DNA of 64,000 bases from Oceanispirochaeta sp. (GTDB lineage: Bacteria; Spirochaetota; Spirochaetia; DSM-2461): assembly GCA_963666275.2 (NCBI GenBank), contig CAXXOA010000002.1, forward strand, positions 1,152,001-1,216,000. The letters run 5' to 3'. The position numbers were made by a program, and so were the translations under genes. Shown piece after piece: positions 1-10,447 of this stretch (within the stretch, counting starts at the first letter, position 1; each line of letters starts with the position of its first letter). The notes under the pieces were generated by a model. That model did no database searches. It was not told the DNA's origin and was given only the letters and a program-made list of their open reading frames with translations.

Positions 1-337
1 TTTTCAGCGGGATAATATAGAAAGGGAAGCTGCGGCTGATCTGTTTTTCAATCAGTGCCATCGTCTCATAGGGGACTTCCGGTGCCTGAAGCTGGCTCAT
101 CTCTTCCCGGCCCCTGGTAATCTCCAATAGGCAGCAGATGTAATAATTTCCGGAAAAATTCAGATACTTTCTGCAATGTTCGCTGAAAATTTCAGATATG
201 CCGAGACGGATCCCCTTGAGGATCTGAACAAAATTGATATCAAAATATCCTCTGGTGAAGTTATTATCCGGACCTTCCGGAACGCTCATGAAAAAGGGGG
301 GCTGTAATGTTTCGATCGATCCGGTCTCGTTTACCAT
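1..337 (-). CDS. Partial CDS (N-terminus) running off the left edge; function unknown
   Basis: Manual translation from ATG at 337 (MVNETGSIETLQPPFFMSV...) stays open to position 1; missing from the ORF track because it has no stop in the window. Confidence 0.55.
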   Translation of the reverse strand, partial: MVNETGSIETLQPPFFMSVPEGPDNNFTRGYFDINFVQILKGIRLGISEIFSEHCRKYLNFSGNYYICCLLEITRGREEMSQLQAPEVPYETMALIEKQISRSFPFYIIPLK

Positions 338-383
338 ATGAGAATACCCTGCATGTACTGAAGTATATACTCTCTGTTGACTT

Positions 384-2519
384 TTATGCACCCGACTGGT
401 CAAGAACCTCCCTGATCGCAGAGGCCAGTTCCGAAATGGAGAAGGGTTTGGACAGTATCTTTCTGATGCCGGATTTTTCTGCCCTGTTCCGGTTCAGAAT
501 GGAACTGTATCCGGACGAGATGATGATGGGAAAACCGGGTGATTCTTTCAGGATTCGCTTTGCCAGGTTCAGGCCGGTGAGTCCGGGCATGGTCTGGTCG
601 GTCAGCAGCAGATCAAAGTCTTCGGGGGTATCCATGAAAGCAGCAAGGGCTGCCGATGAATCTGTAAAGCAGCTGACCCTGTAACCCAGGGGTTCCAGGA
701 TCTTTTTTTCAAGATTTATAATGGAAGCTTCATCGTCCACCGCCAGGATATGCTCCCTGCCTCCGAGGGGCTGTTCTGACTGATTGTCCATTTTACTCGG
801 GAGCTCTGCTCTATTCTGATCTATTTCAGGCAGAAACACAGAAAAACAGGTGCCCTCATTGGCTTCTGTTGTAAACCGGATCATTCCTCCGTGTTTTTCA
901 ACAATCCCGTGAACTACCGAAAGGCCCAGTCCTGTCCCTTTCCCGCTCTCTTTGGTTGTAAAGAACGGGTCGAAGATAAATTCCCTGTTTTCCTCGGGAA
1001 TCCCTTTTCCGTTATCCTTTATGTGAAGCACCGCGTAGTTTCCGGGGCGCAGGTCCCTGTATCCCCCGTATTCAGTGGATTTCAGGGAGAGCTTTTCCAG
1101 AGTGATTCCTATGGTTCCCTGTTCCCCTTTCAGGGCATGAAAGGCGTTGGTGACAAGATTGATGATCACCTGGTGCAGCTGATTTCCGTCTCCCATGACT
1201 TTGATTCCCGGTATAACATCCTCATGATAAATTTCCACTGTTTTCGGAATGGTCTGAGTTATCAGCCCCAGAGCTTCATTTACCAGAGATGAAAGGTCTA
1301 TAGCACTCTTTTCGGGATTGGATTTCCGGCTGAAGAGGAGGATCTGCCTTACCATATTTCTGGCCCGTTCCACTGCCTTCAGAATTTCCAGGATGTATTC
1401 GCTATTTTCCGTATCATCAGGAAGCTTCCTTTTCAGCAGTTCCGCATAGCCCAGGATCGCTCCCAGGATATTATTGAAATCATGGGCAATCCCTCCGGCC
1501 AGGGTGCCCAGAGATTCCATTTTCTGGTTATGAGTCACCATCTTTTCCAGCCGTTTCTGCTCTTTCTGGCTTTCCCTGAGCTTCGTTATGTCCCGGATAA
1601 TTCCATGAATTCCCAGGGGAGACCCTTTCATGTCGTATTCCATCTCAGAATTGATTGCGGCCATGACTTCTGAATTGTTTCTGTGCTTCAGGACCACTTC
1701 CCTGTCTCTTACCATTCCCTGGTCTGCAATTTCCTTCAGGAAGGATTTTCCCTCTTCAGGATTCAGATAGAACTCCTGGATGTAACGGCCCAGAACTTCT
1801 TCCGGTTCGTATCCAAGGATAAACTGTACAGAGGGAGACACATCATGGATCTTTCCCTCTGTATCAATAAAATAGCTGATGTCGATCAGTTTTCTGTAGA
1901 GATTCTTATACCGTAACTCTGATTGCTGCAGCTTCACAGAGGTGGCAATCCTGTTATCCTCATGCTGCAGAAGAAAGCCTATAAACAGCATTCCCAGGTA
2001 GATGGCCGTTCCGTAGGGGAGGGCCATCCTTTTCATAAGCTGCCAACCATTGGCAAGATCCCCTACAAAGAGAAACCCCGGCAGGATGAAAATCAATGCT
2101 ATAAAACTGCCGACAATATGAAATGCCGCAGTCCTGCGGCCCTTCCATAAACGCAGGAGGTTCCCCGCAGTGAAAGAGAGTGTCAGCCCGATGATTCCGG
2201 CCTGCACACCGGCTCCTCCCAGATGGGCTCTCATTATGACACCTGTCAGATAGGTTATGAAGCCCGAAAGGGGGCCGCAGAAAAGGGTACTCAGCACAAC
2301 GATCGCATTGCGCTGATCAACAAGCACGCCCTCTGCGACGGGAATCCGCACCTGCATACAGACAAGAAGAGCCGCTGAGAACAAGGCTCCCATGATAACG
2401 GGTTTCATCCACTGAAAAGCAAAATCCACGGGTTTTATATAACTGTAGAATGAGACAAAAACGATAAAGACAGCCAGGTTATTGAACATGCCGATAAACA
2501 GGCCGGAACCTTCTATCAT
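384..2519 (-). CDS. Hybrid sensor histidine kinase/response regulator (5TM LytS/YhcK-type membrane domain, PAS, HisKA, HATPase, REC)
   Basis: H-box [13 protein letters not shown]-box [11 protein letters not shown] boxes DNGKG and GTGLGL, receiver VDDE..LLLTD..MPG..KP; start codon uncertain (2570, 2519 or later). Confidence 0.9.
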   Translation of the reverse strand: MIEGSGLFIGMFNNLAVFIVFVSFYSYIKPVDFAFQWMKPVIMGALFSAALLVCMQVRIPVAEGVLVDQRNAIVVLSTLFCGPLSGFITYLTGVIMRAHLGGAGVQAGIIGLTLSFTAGNLLRLWKGRRTAAFHIVGSFIALIFILPGFLFVGDLANGWQLMKRMALPYGTAIYLGMLFIGFLLQHEDNRIATSVKLQQSELRYKNLYRKLIDISYFIDTEGKIHDVSPSVQFILGYEPEEVLGRYIQEFYLNPEEGKSFLKEIADQGMVRDREVVLKHRNNSEVMAAINSEMEYDMKGSPLGIHGIIRDITKLRESQKEQKRLEKMVTHNQKMESLGTLAGGIAHDFNNILGAILGYAELLKRKLPDDTENSEYILEILKAVERARNMVRQILLFSRKSNPEKSAIDLSSLVNEALGLITQTIPKTVEIYHEDVIPGIKVMGDGNQLHQVIINLVTNAFHALKGEQGTIGITLEKLSLKSTEYGGYRDLRPGNYAVLHIKDNGKGIPEENREFIFDPFFTTKESGKGTGLGLSVVHGIVEKHGGMIRFTTEANEGTCFSVFLPEIDQNRAELPSKMDNQSEQPLGGREHILAVDDEASIINLEKKILEPLGYRVSCFTDSSAALAAFMDTPEDFDLLLTDQTMPGLTGLNLAKRILKESPGFPIIISSGYSSILNRNRAEKSGIRKILSKPFSISELASAIREVLDQSGA

Positions 2520-2805
2520 AAGAGACTCCTCTGTACTATAAATTATGATCCCGGCTTCCTGTTTTTGCAAAAGAGTCTGTTGTCTCTCCTTTTTTCAGAT
2601 TTAGAGATAAAAATATTTTTAAAATTGTTTATTTATTGTCTATTGATGAATGAAATAAGGGAGTTTTTATTGAATATATTGATATTTATCTTTTGATTGG
2701 ATTGGATAAATGGTTATATAGATTAAAAACAGTTAAAAATGAATTTTTACGGTCCTGTTTTATTGTAAAAAATACTTGTTGCGATTTCCAGAGGCAGCCT
2801 GTACT

Positions 2806-4161
2806 ATGGCGGATATGACAGAATTGAATAAAAAATACGGATTCTGGACAACCAGTGCCATGGTTGTGGGAATCGTTATCGGATCGGGTGTCTTCTTTAA
2901 AGCGGATGATGTCCTTACGGCTTCGGGAGGATCTCTTCCGACTGCCCTTCTTGCCTGGTTGACCGGGGGAGCCATTATGGTGGTGACGGCCTTCCTTTTT
3001 TCAAAGATTGCCGCGGAGATCGGGAAAGTCAACGGCCTTGTGGATTACTTTGAGGAGGCCTACGGGCAGACCGCAGGGTTCAATATCGCCTGGTTTATGA
3101 CAACAGTCTATTACCCCTGCCTTGTGAGTGTGCTTGCCTGGGTTTCCGCCAATTACACAGTGTCTCTCCTGGGACTGGAGAATCTTCTGTGGCCTCTGGC
3201 GGCTTTCTACCTGTTCCTCTTTTTCGGGATCAATCTTCTCTCTCCGGTGATAGCCGGAAGGCTTCAGGTCAGTACCACCGTTATAAAACTGACGCCTCTC
3301 GTTGCCGTAGCGTTGATCGGCACCATCTCCGGGCTTATCAGCGGGCAGACTGTGAAGAGTTTTACCACCGTGGCGTCTTCTGTCGCAGGCCAGGGAGGGG
3401 GACTCGGACTGGCCTGTCTCTCTACCGCTTTTGCCTATGAGGGTTGGATCATAGCCACCACTATCAATGCGGAGATTAAAAATGCCAGGAAGACCCTGCC
3501 CAGGGCCCTGGTCTTCGGAACAATCCTGATTGTCCTTGTCTATACCTTCTACTATGTGGGAATCGCCAGTGTAATCGACAATGAGAAGGTTCTAGAGTAC
3601 GGAGACAATACCTCCCTTGTGGTTATTTCCACACTCTTCGGCAGGTTTGCCGGGGTCCTTCTGAATGTTTTTGTGATCATCTCCTGCCTGGGAACCCTGA
3701 ACGGCCTTGTGATGGCTTCCTCCCGGGGAATGTACTCCATCGGAGTCAGGAATCTGGGACCGGCTCCCGGCTTTTTCAAAGGGGTCAACGGAAAAACCGA
3801 CAGCACAATCAATTCGGGAATCGCCGGATTCTGCCTCTCCTTTCTCTGGCTCATGGTCTGGTACGGGAATTTCCATGGATGGTTCGGTGGATTCATGGAT
3901 ACTTCCGAGCTTCCCATCGCCTTCCTCTACTTTGTCTATCTGGCCCTTTATGTCTGGTATATACGGAAGTTCGGCAGCAGGGGAATCTTTATCGGGTATA
4001 TCATTCCTCTCCTGGCGGGAGCCGGTTCGCTTTTCATTGTTATGGCGGCCACCCGGAAGGATATGTTCTGGCAGTTTACCCTGGTCCTGGCTCTGATCAT
4101 GATAGTAGGGAATCTGCTGAACCGCAAAAAGAGTCCTGCTCTGCAGAGCAGTCCCCGGTAA
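2806..4161 (+). CDS. APC-family amino acid permease
   Basis: GIVIGSGVF and FAYEGW motifs, about 12 hydrophobic segments. Confidence 0.9.
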   Translation: MADMTELNKKYGFWTTSAMVVGIVIGSGVFFKADDVLTASGGSLPTALLAWLTGGAIMVVTAFLFSKIAAEIGKVNGLVDYFEEAYGQTAGFNIAWFMTTVYYPCLVSVLAWVSANYTVSLLGLENLLWPLAAFYLFLFFGINLLSPVIAGRLQVSTTVIKLTPLVAVALIGTISGLISGQTVKSFTTVASSVAGQGGGLGLACLSTAFAYEGWIIATTINAEIKNARKTLPRALVFGTILIVLVYTFYYVGIASVIDNEKVLEYGDNTSLVVISTLFGRFAGVLLNVFVIISCLGTLNGLVMASSRGMYSIGVRNLGPAPGFFKGVNGKTDSTINSGIAGFCLSFLWLMVWYGNFHGWFGGFMDTSELPIAFLYFVYLALYVWYIRKFGSRGIFIGYIIPLLAGAGSLFIVMAATRKDMFWQFTLVLALIMIVGNLLNRKKSPALQSSPR

Positions 4162-4219
4162 TCTCACTGACAACGGAACCTGCCCCGGACACTCCGGAAC
4201 GGCAGGTCTCCGGAGCAGG

Positions 4220-4915
4220 TCAGGGGTTCCGAATATTTCTGACATTCCGGTTCATCAGTTTTCTGACCAGGGAACGATACAGCCAGCCTTTCAGGGGGCC
4301 CAGCTTCTGCCTGTGGTGCTGAAAAAACTGATCCGGGCTGTCGAACAGGCCAAAGTCTTTATTGATCCCCTCTTTCTGGATATAGGTATCACAGAGTTCC
4401 CAATCGACCTCCGGAGCGATCAGGTTGGTGGTGGCAATTCCAAAGCCGCAGAATTTCCGGACTCCCGGGTTGTTTTTCTGGATCTGTTCCAAATAGGGTC
4501 TGTCCAGGATGAATCCCTCCAGATTGAACCATCTCTCTTTATAGAAAACCTCCACCCAGCTGTGGACGATCGAGGGGGGACTGAGTCTGTACCAGATCCC
4601 TGTGATAGCCCCTTTCTGCAGGGCCTTGTCGATGGTAAATCCATGAAACCGGCAGGGGATCCCCGCCTTTCTAAGCAGGGACATCAGAAGGATCCCCTTG
4701 GTATTGCACTGGCCGTACCCGTCATCCAGAATCTCACTGGAAGGCATATCGTCCTTTCTGTTGTAGCCGAAGCGGATTTCATCTCTGACGAAATTGTAGA
4801 TCCCCCGGATCTTTTCCTCCTCCGGAAGATCCTCCCAGCCCCGTTCCTGAAAAAGTCTGTCAAACCGGGGATCCCTGAAATTCAGCAGCTTTGTTTCTAT
4901 CATATATTTTTTCAT
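4220..4915 (-). CDS. Transglutaminase-like superfamily protein
   Basis: GQCNTK (catalytic Cys), HSWVEV (His), LRKAGIPCR. Confidence 0.8.
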   Translation of the reverse strand: MKKYMIETKLLNFRDPRFDRLFQERGWEDLPEEEKIRGIYNFVRDEIRFGYNRKDDMPSSEILDDGYGQCNTKGILLMSLLRKAGIPCRFHGFTIDKALQKGAITGIWYRLSPPSIVHSWVEVFYKERWFNLEGFILDRPYLEQIQKNNPGVRKFCGFGIATTNLIAPEVDWELCDTYIQKEGINKDFGLFDSPDQFFQHHRQKLGPLKGWLYRSLVRKLMNRNVRNIRNP

Positions 4916-4945
4916 ATCAAACTCCTTGATAGGGAGATGATACAG

Positions 4946-5671
4946 CTATTCGGAATAATGGACTTGAACGGAAGCGCTGCGGGCAAAGATGTCCGAGGGT
5001 TTCTCTCCAAAGAGCTTTCGGAAGGTTCTGCTGAAATGGGCCAGATCGGAAAAACCGCAGTCCAGGGCTACCTCCTGGAGGCTCTCTGTGGACCGGAAAG
5101 AGTCGATGGCAAAAAGGGTTTTCTTCCACAGCACATAGTACTTGAAGGACACCCCGGTTTCCGCTTTGAAAAGATGGGTAATCCGGCTCCGGGAAAGGTC
5201 CAGTTCCTTTTCAAAGTAATCCAGACCGTGAAAGCAGTGTTCCTCCCGGGTAATGTGCTTGAGTATCCTCTGAACTCTGGTATCCAGAGGCTGTTGTTCG
5301 GCCCCCTGGAGAACGGCTTCGATGACAGATGGATAATCTCCATCTGCATAGGCATCTTTTATGGTTCCTGCCTGCTCCAGAGGGCTGAACCGGTTCATAG
5401 CAAACTGATACTTCATTTCATCCCCCGCAAAGGGTTCAAACAGAATGATGAGCATCTCTTTCTCTTCCGAGACAATCCTGTGGCGGATGTTCTGGTTTAT
5501 CAGAAAGGCTTTTCCCCGTACCACTTCCTCTTCGATTAAAAGCTCCAGGTGATCCTGCAGGGAGATGACAGCCTGAAGGCAGTGGTGGGCATGAAAGCTG
5601 TTGCCTTTCAAGCTGCCCTTATAAAAGGCAAAATTGTTGAATATTTTTATTTTATTCATCGTTTCGCTCAT
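4946..5671 (-). CDS. AraC-family transcriptional regulator
   Basis: LSRSRITHLFK and GFSDLAHFSRTFRKLFG double-HTH signature. Confidence 0.9.
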   Translation of the reverse strand: MSETMNKIKIFNNFAFYKGSLKGNSFHAHHCLQAVISLQDHLELLIEEEVVRGKAFLINQNIRHRIVSEEKEMLIILFEPFAGDEMKYQFAMNRFSPLEQAGTIKDAYADGDYPSVIEAVLQGAEQQPLDTRVQRILKHITREEHCFHGLDYFEKELDLSRSRITHLFKAETGVSFKYYVLWKKTLFAIDSFRSTESLQEVALDCGFSDLAHFSRTFRKLFGEKPSDIFARSASVQVHYSE

Positions 5672-6580
5672 TCAGGATTCCAGGGCTGTAATCGACAGCC
5701 GGCTGCAGAGACCCCGCAGTTTTTCCACAATCTCATCAATGAGTATCCTCCGGGGATGGGTCCGGCGGCAGAGCAGGGCTATGTCTCTGTGAAAGCCCTC
5801 ATCCGCCACGGGGATGTAGTGTATCCCCGGCTCGGCCTTCTCCGGCACTGCCAGGCGGGGAATCAGGGTTATACCGCTGCCCAGGCGGACCATCTGGCGC
5901 AGAGTCTCCAGGCTGTTGGCCCGGAATTTCTCCTTTTCTCCAGCCCCGTGTAGCCGGCACAGCTCCAGAGCCTGATCCCGGAAGCAGTGGCCGTCACTCA
6001 GCAGGAGCAGATTTTCCCCCCGGAAGTCCTCTGTCTGAACAAGCTCCTTCCGGCACCAGGAGTGCCCTTCGGGGACGGCCGCCACAAAGGCCTCCCTGAA
6101 AAGGGGGATGGTATCGAAGCCTTCGTGGCTTTCCGGCATAGCCAGTATGGCCGCATCGATCTGCCCGTTTTTCAGGCTCTCCAGGAGGGTCCGGCTCTGC
6201 TCCTCCAGTAAAAAGAACTGCATCTTTCTGTACTCCGGAAGGATGTTTTCCGTCAGCTGGGGAAAGAGCCAGGGCCCCAGAGTGGGGAATATGCCCAGCC
6301 GCAGACTCCCCTGATAGGGATCCTTACCTGCCTGAGCCAGCAGTTCCAGATCCTCCACCCGGCTGAGGATATCATTGACTATCTCCAGAGCCTCTTTCCC
6401 GAAGGATGTAAGGCTCACTTTGCGCGTATTCCGTTTGAACAGAGGGTGTTCCAGCTCCTCTTCCAGTTTTTTAATCTGACCGCTCAGGGTCGGCTGGCTG
6501 ACAAAGCACTTTTCCGAAGCCGCCCTGAACTGCCCCGTATCGGCTACGGCCTTGAAATATTCCAGATCTCTCAGATTCAT
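5672..6580 (-). CDS. oxyR: H2O2-sensing LysR-type regulator OxyR
   Basis: LysR HTH (VSQPTLSGQIKKLE), redox motif GHCFRDQALELC, divergent from ahpCF. Confidence 0.92.
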   Translation of the reverse strand: MNLRDLEYFKAVADTGQFRAASEKCFVSQPTLSGQIKKLEEELEHPLFKRNTRKVSLTSFGKEALEIVNDILSRVEDLELLAQAGKDPYQGSLRLGIFPTLGPWLFPQLTENILPEYRKMQFFLLEEQSRTLLESLKNGQIDAAILAMPESHEGFDTIPLFREAFVAAVPEGHSWCRKELVQTEDFRGENLLLLSDGHCFRDQALELCRLHGAGEKEKFRANSLETLRQMVRLGSGITLIPRLAVPEKAEPGIHYIPVADEGFHRDIALLCRRTHPRRILIDEIVEKLRGLCSRLSITALES

Positions 6581-6601
6581 AGGAACCTCAATTTCTAATA
6601 T

Positions 6602-6638
6602 ATAGGTAATACCTATAAATAATATAAGAATAAACGAT
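6602..6638. promoter_or_regulatory. OxyR binding site in the oxyR/ahpC intergenic region
   Basis: ATAG-N7-CTAT-N7-ATAA-N7-CGAT, matching the OxyR consensus ATAG-N7-CTAT-N7-ATAG-N7-CTAT. Confidence 0.85.
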
Positions 6639-6698
6639 TTTACACAAGGTTTTGATTTGTGGTAATAGTAATTAACAAATAATTCAAGGAGGCATCAC

Positions 6699-7265
6699 AT
6701 GGATGCAATAATCAATAGTTCACTGCCCGAATTCAAAGCACAGGCTTTTCACAACGGAGATTTTACAGAAGTCAGCCGCAAGGATCTGGAAGGAAAGTGG
6801 TCCATCTTTTTCTTCTATCCCGCAGATTTTACCTTTGTCTGTCCTACTGAGCTGGGAGACATGGCTGATGTTTATGAGGAATTTCAGGATATGGGCGTTG
6901 AGGTGTATTCGGTCAGTACGGATACACACTTTGTTCACAAAGCCTGGCACGATGCTTCGGATACTATCAAGAAAATCAAATATCCCATGCTGGGGGATCC
7001 CACCGGTGCCCTTTCAAAGGCTTTCGGTGTGTATGTAGAAGCGTCAGGGCTTGCCAACAGAGGCACCTTCCTTATCAATCCGGAAGGCCAGGTGGTTCTG
7101 GCTGAAATGAATGTGGACGGTATCGGCAGAAACTCGGAAGAGCTGCTGCGCAAAACCAAAGCGGCCCAGTTCATTGCCGCCCATCCCAATGAAGTCTGTC
7201 CTTCCAAATGGACCCCCGGTGCCGAAACCCTGGAGCCCGGTCTGGAACTGGTAGGAAAGATCTGA
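6699..7265 (+). CDS. ahpC: Alkyl hydroperoxide reductase subunit C (2-Cys peroxiredoxin)
   Basis: FYPADFTFVCPTE and EVCPSKW motifs; RBS AAGGAGG. Confidence 0.97.
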   Translation: MDAIINSSLPEFKAQAFHNGDFTEVSRKDLEGKWSIFFFYPADFTFVCPTELGDMADVYEEFQDMGVEVYSVSTDTHFVHKAWHDASDTIKKIKYPMLGDPTGALSKAFGVYVEASGLANRGTFLINPEGQVVLAEMNVDGIGRNSEELLRKTKAAQFIAAHPNEVCPSKWTPGAETLEPGLELVGKI

Positions 7266-7323
7266 TTTAAAGGATGCCCCGCCTCCGGGCCCGGGAGGCA
7301 AAATCAAACAAAGGGACAGCGAG

Positions 7324-8868
7324 ATGTTAAAACCCGGAATATTGGAACAACTGAAAGAGCACTTCAGGACTCTGGAAAAGGATCTGGTGCTGGTCTATGA
7401 CGCCAGTGATCATGAAAAACAGAAGGAACTGGTTGAGATGCTGAGCGATGTGGCATCCACCTCAGACAGGATCTCCGTCAGGGAGAGTCAGACCAGGTCC
7501 GGAGTTCCGGGATTTTATCTGGAACGGCAGGGAGACGCCCTGGGGATCCGTTTTAAAGGCATTCCCGGGGGGCATGAGTTCTCCAGCCTTATTCTGGCGA
7601 TCCTCCATGCTGATGGAAAAGGCCAGTGGCCCGATCAGGGACTTCAGCAGCAGCTGAAGAGGCTGATCGGGCCTGTAGAACTGAGAACCTATATCTCCCT
7701 GTCCTGTACAAACTGCCCTGATGTGGTGCAGGCCCTCAATCAGATGAGTCTGATTCATCCTGATTTTACTCACACCATGATCGACGGGGATTATGCCCAG
7801 GAGGAGATCAGCGCGCTGGGTATCCAGGGGGTCCCTGCGGTCTTCTCGGGAGACACTCTTGTCCATTCGGGCAAGGCCTCTCTGGGAGAATTGCTGGCCT
7901 CTCTGGAAAAAGCGCTGGGAGTGGACGAGGGTGACGGGGAACCGGTTGAGCACGAACCCTTTGATGTGGCTGTGCTGGGCGGAGGCCCCGCAGGCTGTTC
8001 CGCCGCTATCTACAGCGCCCGGAAGGGGCTGAAAACGGCAGTGATTGCAGGAAGGGTCGGGGGGCAGGTCAATGACACCGCTTCGATCTCCAACCTGATA
8101 TCGGTGCCTCTGACCACAGGGAAAGAGCTGAGCGCCAATCTCAGAAAGCACAGCCAGGACTATGATATGTCCCTTTTCGAGAACAGGACTGTAGCCCGAC
8201 TGGTTCCGGGAGAGCTCCACAGGATCGAAACTGATAAAGGCGAAGTTTTTCCTGCCAGGCAGATCATTGTGGCCACAGGAGCTTCCTGGCGCAAGCTTGG
8301 AATTCCCGGTGAGGACGAGTATATCGGCCGGGGAGTTGCCTTCTGTCCCCACTGCGACGGCCCCTTCTTTGCGGGAAAAGACGTGGCAGTGGTCGGGGGA
8401 GGGAACTCGGGAGTGGAAGCCGCCATAGATCTGGCGGGCATCTGCCGCAGCGTGACTCTGCTGGAGTTTCTGGACGAACTCAAGGCCGACCGGGTATTGA
8501 TCGATCAGCTGGAGAAACTGGTCAATGCCAGGATCCTGAAGGGAGTGAAAACCACCGCTGTTCAGGGGGACGGAGCAAAGGTCACCGCTCTGGACTATGA
8601 AGAAAGAGACAGCGGCCGGAAAGAAAGCCTTAAGCTGGACGGGGTTTTTGTCCAGATCGGCCTGATGCCCAACAGCGCTTTTGCGCAGGGAGTGGTAAAA
8701 ACCAACCGTTTCGGCGAGATCGAAACCGATGGGAAAGGCCGTACCGACCGGAAAGGCATCTACGCCGCCGGGGATGTGACCACTGTTCCCTTTAAGCAGA
8801 TTGTTGTCGCCATGGGCGAAGGGGCCAAGGCATCCCTGGCAGCCTTTGAAGACAGGCTGCGCAGCTGA
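7324..8868 (+). CDS. ahpF: Alkyl hydroperoxide reductase subunit F
   Basis: GIPGGHEFSSL, CTNC, GGGPAG, CPHCDG, GGGNSG; follows ahpC. Confidence 0.97.
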   Translation: MLKPGILEQLKEHFRTLEKDLVLVYDASDHEKQKELVEMLSDVASTSDRISVRESQTRSGVPGFYLERQGDALGIRFKGIPGGHEFSSLILAILHADGKGQWPDQGLQQQLKRLIGPVELRTYISLSCTNCPDVVQALNQMSLIHPDFTHTMIDGDYAQEEISALGIQGVPAVFSGDTLVHSGKASLGELLASLEKALGVDEGDGEPVEHEPFDVAVLGGGPAGCSAAIYSARKGLKTAVIAGRVGGQVNDTASISNLISVPLTTGKELSANLRKHSQDYDMSLFENRTVARLVPGELHRIETDKGEVFPARQIIVATGASWRKLGIPGEDEYIGRGVAFCPHCDGPFFAGKDVAVVGGGNSGVEAAIDLAGICRSVTLLEFLDELKADRVLIDQLEKLVNARILKGVKTTAVQGDGAKVTALDYEERDSGRKESLKLDGVFVQIGLMPNSAFAQGVVKTNRFGEIETDGKGRTDRKGIYAAGDVTTVPFKQIVVAMGEGAKASLAAFEDRLRS

Positions 8869-8892
8869 TCCTGTTTTGAGACTCTGATGTGT

Positions 8893-8929
8893 AAACGCAA
8901 GCCCTGAGTTCCGGGGCTTCCGTTTGTTT
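8893..8929 (+). terminator. Probable intrinsic terminator after ahpF
   Basis: AAACG-c-AAGCCC...GGGCTT-c-CGTTT hairpin followed by a T-rich tail. Confidence 0.55.
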
Positions 8930-9076
8930 AGAATCGATCTTTTCCGGTCCATCCGCATTAGCTCCCTTCTGTTCTGATCCCTCCTATCCTTTACTGCTCT
9001 TTCCAGCCAAAGATCCTGCTTATTGTTATTCCTATGAAAGTCTGATAGGTTTTTAAAAAGAACAGATGATGACTAT

Positions 9077-10378
9077 ATGATCATCCGTTTGTTTTTTTCT
9101 CTCTGCATTTTGCATCTCAGGCCATTGGAGTTGAACATGAGCATAAATAGAATCGTTTTTATTTTAATAGTATTGATGTTGCCATCAGTTTCCTATTCCC
9201 TTGATTTCAGCGGAGACAATTATCTCATGGTGAATACCGACAGGCTGCGTCTGCGGTCAGAACCAACCCTCGGTTCCAGGATCGTCTCTGTTCTGGATCA
9301 GGAAGATAAAGTGGTCCTTCTGGAGAGAGGAGAAATGGACAGCATCGATTCTCTTGAGGCACCATGGATTAAAGTGTTTACCGATGACTCCCGCCTGTTG
9401 GGCTGGGTGTTTTCAGGATATATCAGTGATACTGAGGAGCCTGTCGATTATGGTGATGAAGGGCCCTTTAACAGGCGGGGCAATATTCAGTCCGGGCTGG
9501 AGTATAACAGATCGTCCGACAATACCTATCTGGATGAATTTTCTCTGCCTCTTCTGTTCGCAAAAAGGGCAACCCGCTGCCTTCTTCAAAAAGATGATGT
9601 GACCATTGATTCCGTCCAGTTCAAACCCAGTCCGTATCTGAAGAGCACCTGTTTCAACATCGATCTGTCTGACTATCCGGAAGGGAATCACATTTTTACA
9701 GTCTCTGCCTATGATGCAAACACATTACTGGCAACCCGCGAATTTGAGATTGATAAATATGAAAGAGAGCAGAATCTGATCGACGGATATCATGAAGATC
9801 TTTTTGAATACAGGAAAAAAGACTCTGTCATAGAGATCCTGGAACTCTATGATGTCTATTTTGATCAGGACAGCCCCGAGATGCCCGCCTATCGGCCTGA
9901 TCTGAATACCTATGTAATGGATTTAGACGGGGAATATCAGATGCGGATTTCGATTCAACCGGATGAATCCGAGTACAGAATCAAGGAACTGCCGCTCCAT
10001 ATTGAAATTTTGAGAGGGGAATCCGTTGCTGCCGATTATGAGCTGGGTATCTGGGAATTCATTGCCGATCATGAGTGTTACGGGGTAGGCCCTGAATTCC
10101 ATCTCTTTGATGGGGGTTTTGTGATTACCTGTAACTGGCCCTTTGAATCTCCCAGGGACATGCTTGTTTTCAGCAAAACCTCCCATAGTCTTCAATCGGT
10201 TTTTGATTATTTTAAAGAGAATAAAATGGAGAGATATAACTATTATTTTGATGTAACCCTGGAAGATGGTATGGTCATTGCCCGGAATCTGAAAAGCAGA
10301 TACGACAATTATACTCCCAGGACCTACTACTTCAGCCTTGAAAATGGAAAGTTCATTAAAGCTGAGAAGATTCCTTGA
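9077..10378 (+). CDS. Secreted protein with N-terminal SH3b-like domain
   Basis: VNTDRLRLRSEP...WIKV...GWVFSGY bacterial SH3 pattern; signal peptide after a likely start at MSINRIV (about 9137). Confidence 0.75.
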   Translation: MIIRLFFSLCILHLRPLELNMSINRIVFILIVLMLPSVSYSLDFSGDNYLMVNTDRLRLRSEPTLGSRIVSVLDQEDKVVLLERGEMDSIDSLEAPWIKVFTDDSRLLGWVFSGYISDTEEPVDYGDEGPFNRRGNIQSGLEYNRSSDNTYLDEFSLPLLFAKRATRCLLQKDDVTIDSVQFKPSPYLKSTCFNIDLSDYPEGNHIFTVSAYDANTLLATREFEIDKYEREQNLIDGYHEDLFEYRKKDSVIEILELYDVYFDQDSPEMPAYRPDLNTYVMDLDGEYQMRISIQPDESEYRIKELPLHIEILRGESVAADYELGIWEFIADHECYGVGPEFHLFDGGFVITCNWPFESPRDMLVFSKTSHSLQSVFDYFKENKMERYNYYFDVTLEDGMVIARNLKSRYDNYTPRTYYFSLENGKFIKAEKIP

Positions 10379-10383
10379 ATCTG

Positions 10384-10447
10384 GCTAAGATCCAAATAGG
10401 CTGCGCAGCGGCCCGGCCAGGGGCTGATTGGGCCTTGCAGGTTCTAC
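10384..10447 (-). repeat. Degenerate attC-like site
   Basis: ctaagatccaaataggctgcgcagcggcccggc resembles ataacatcaaaatatgctgcgcagcggcctggc at 21751; TAG stop of the upstream gene is followed by AAC. Confidence 0.5.

Noticed and set aside
8891..8931. Additional attC after ahpF (taaac...gtttag)
   Set aside because: It is short, lacks the TGCAC/GTGA L-box pattern, and is better explained as a terminator.
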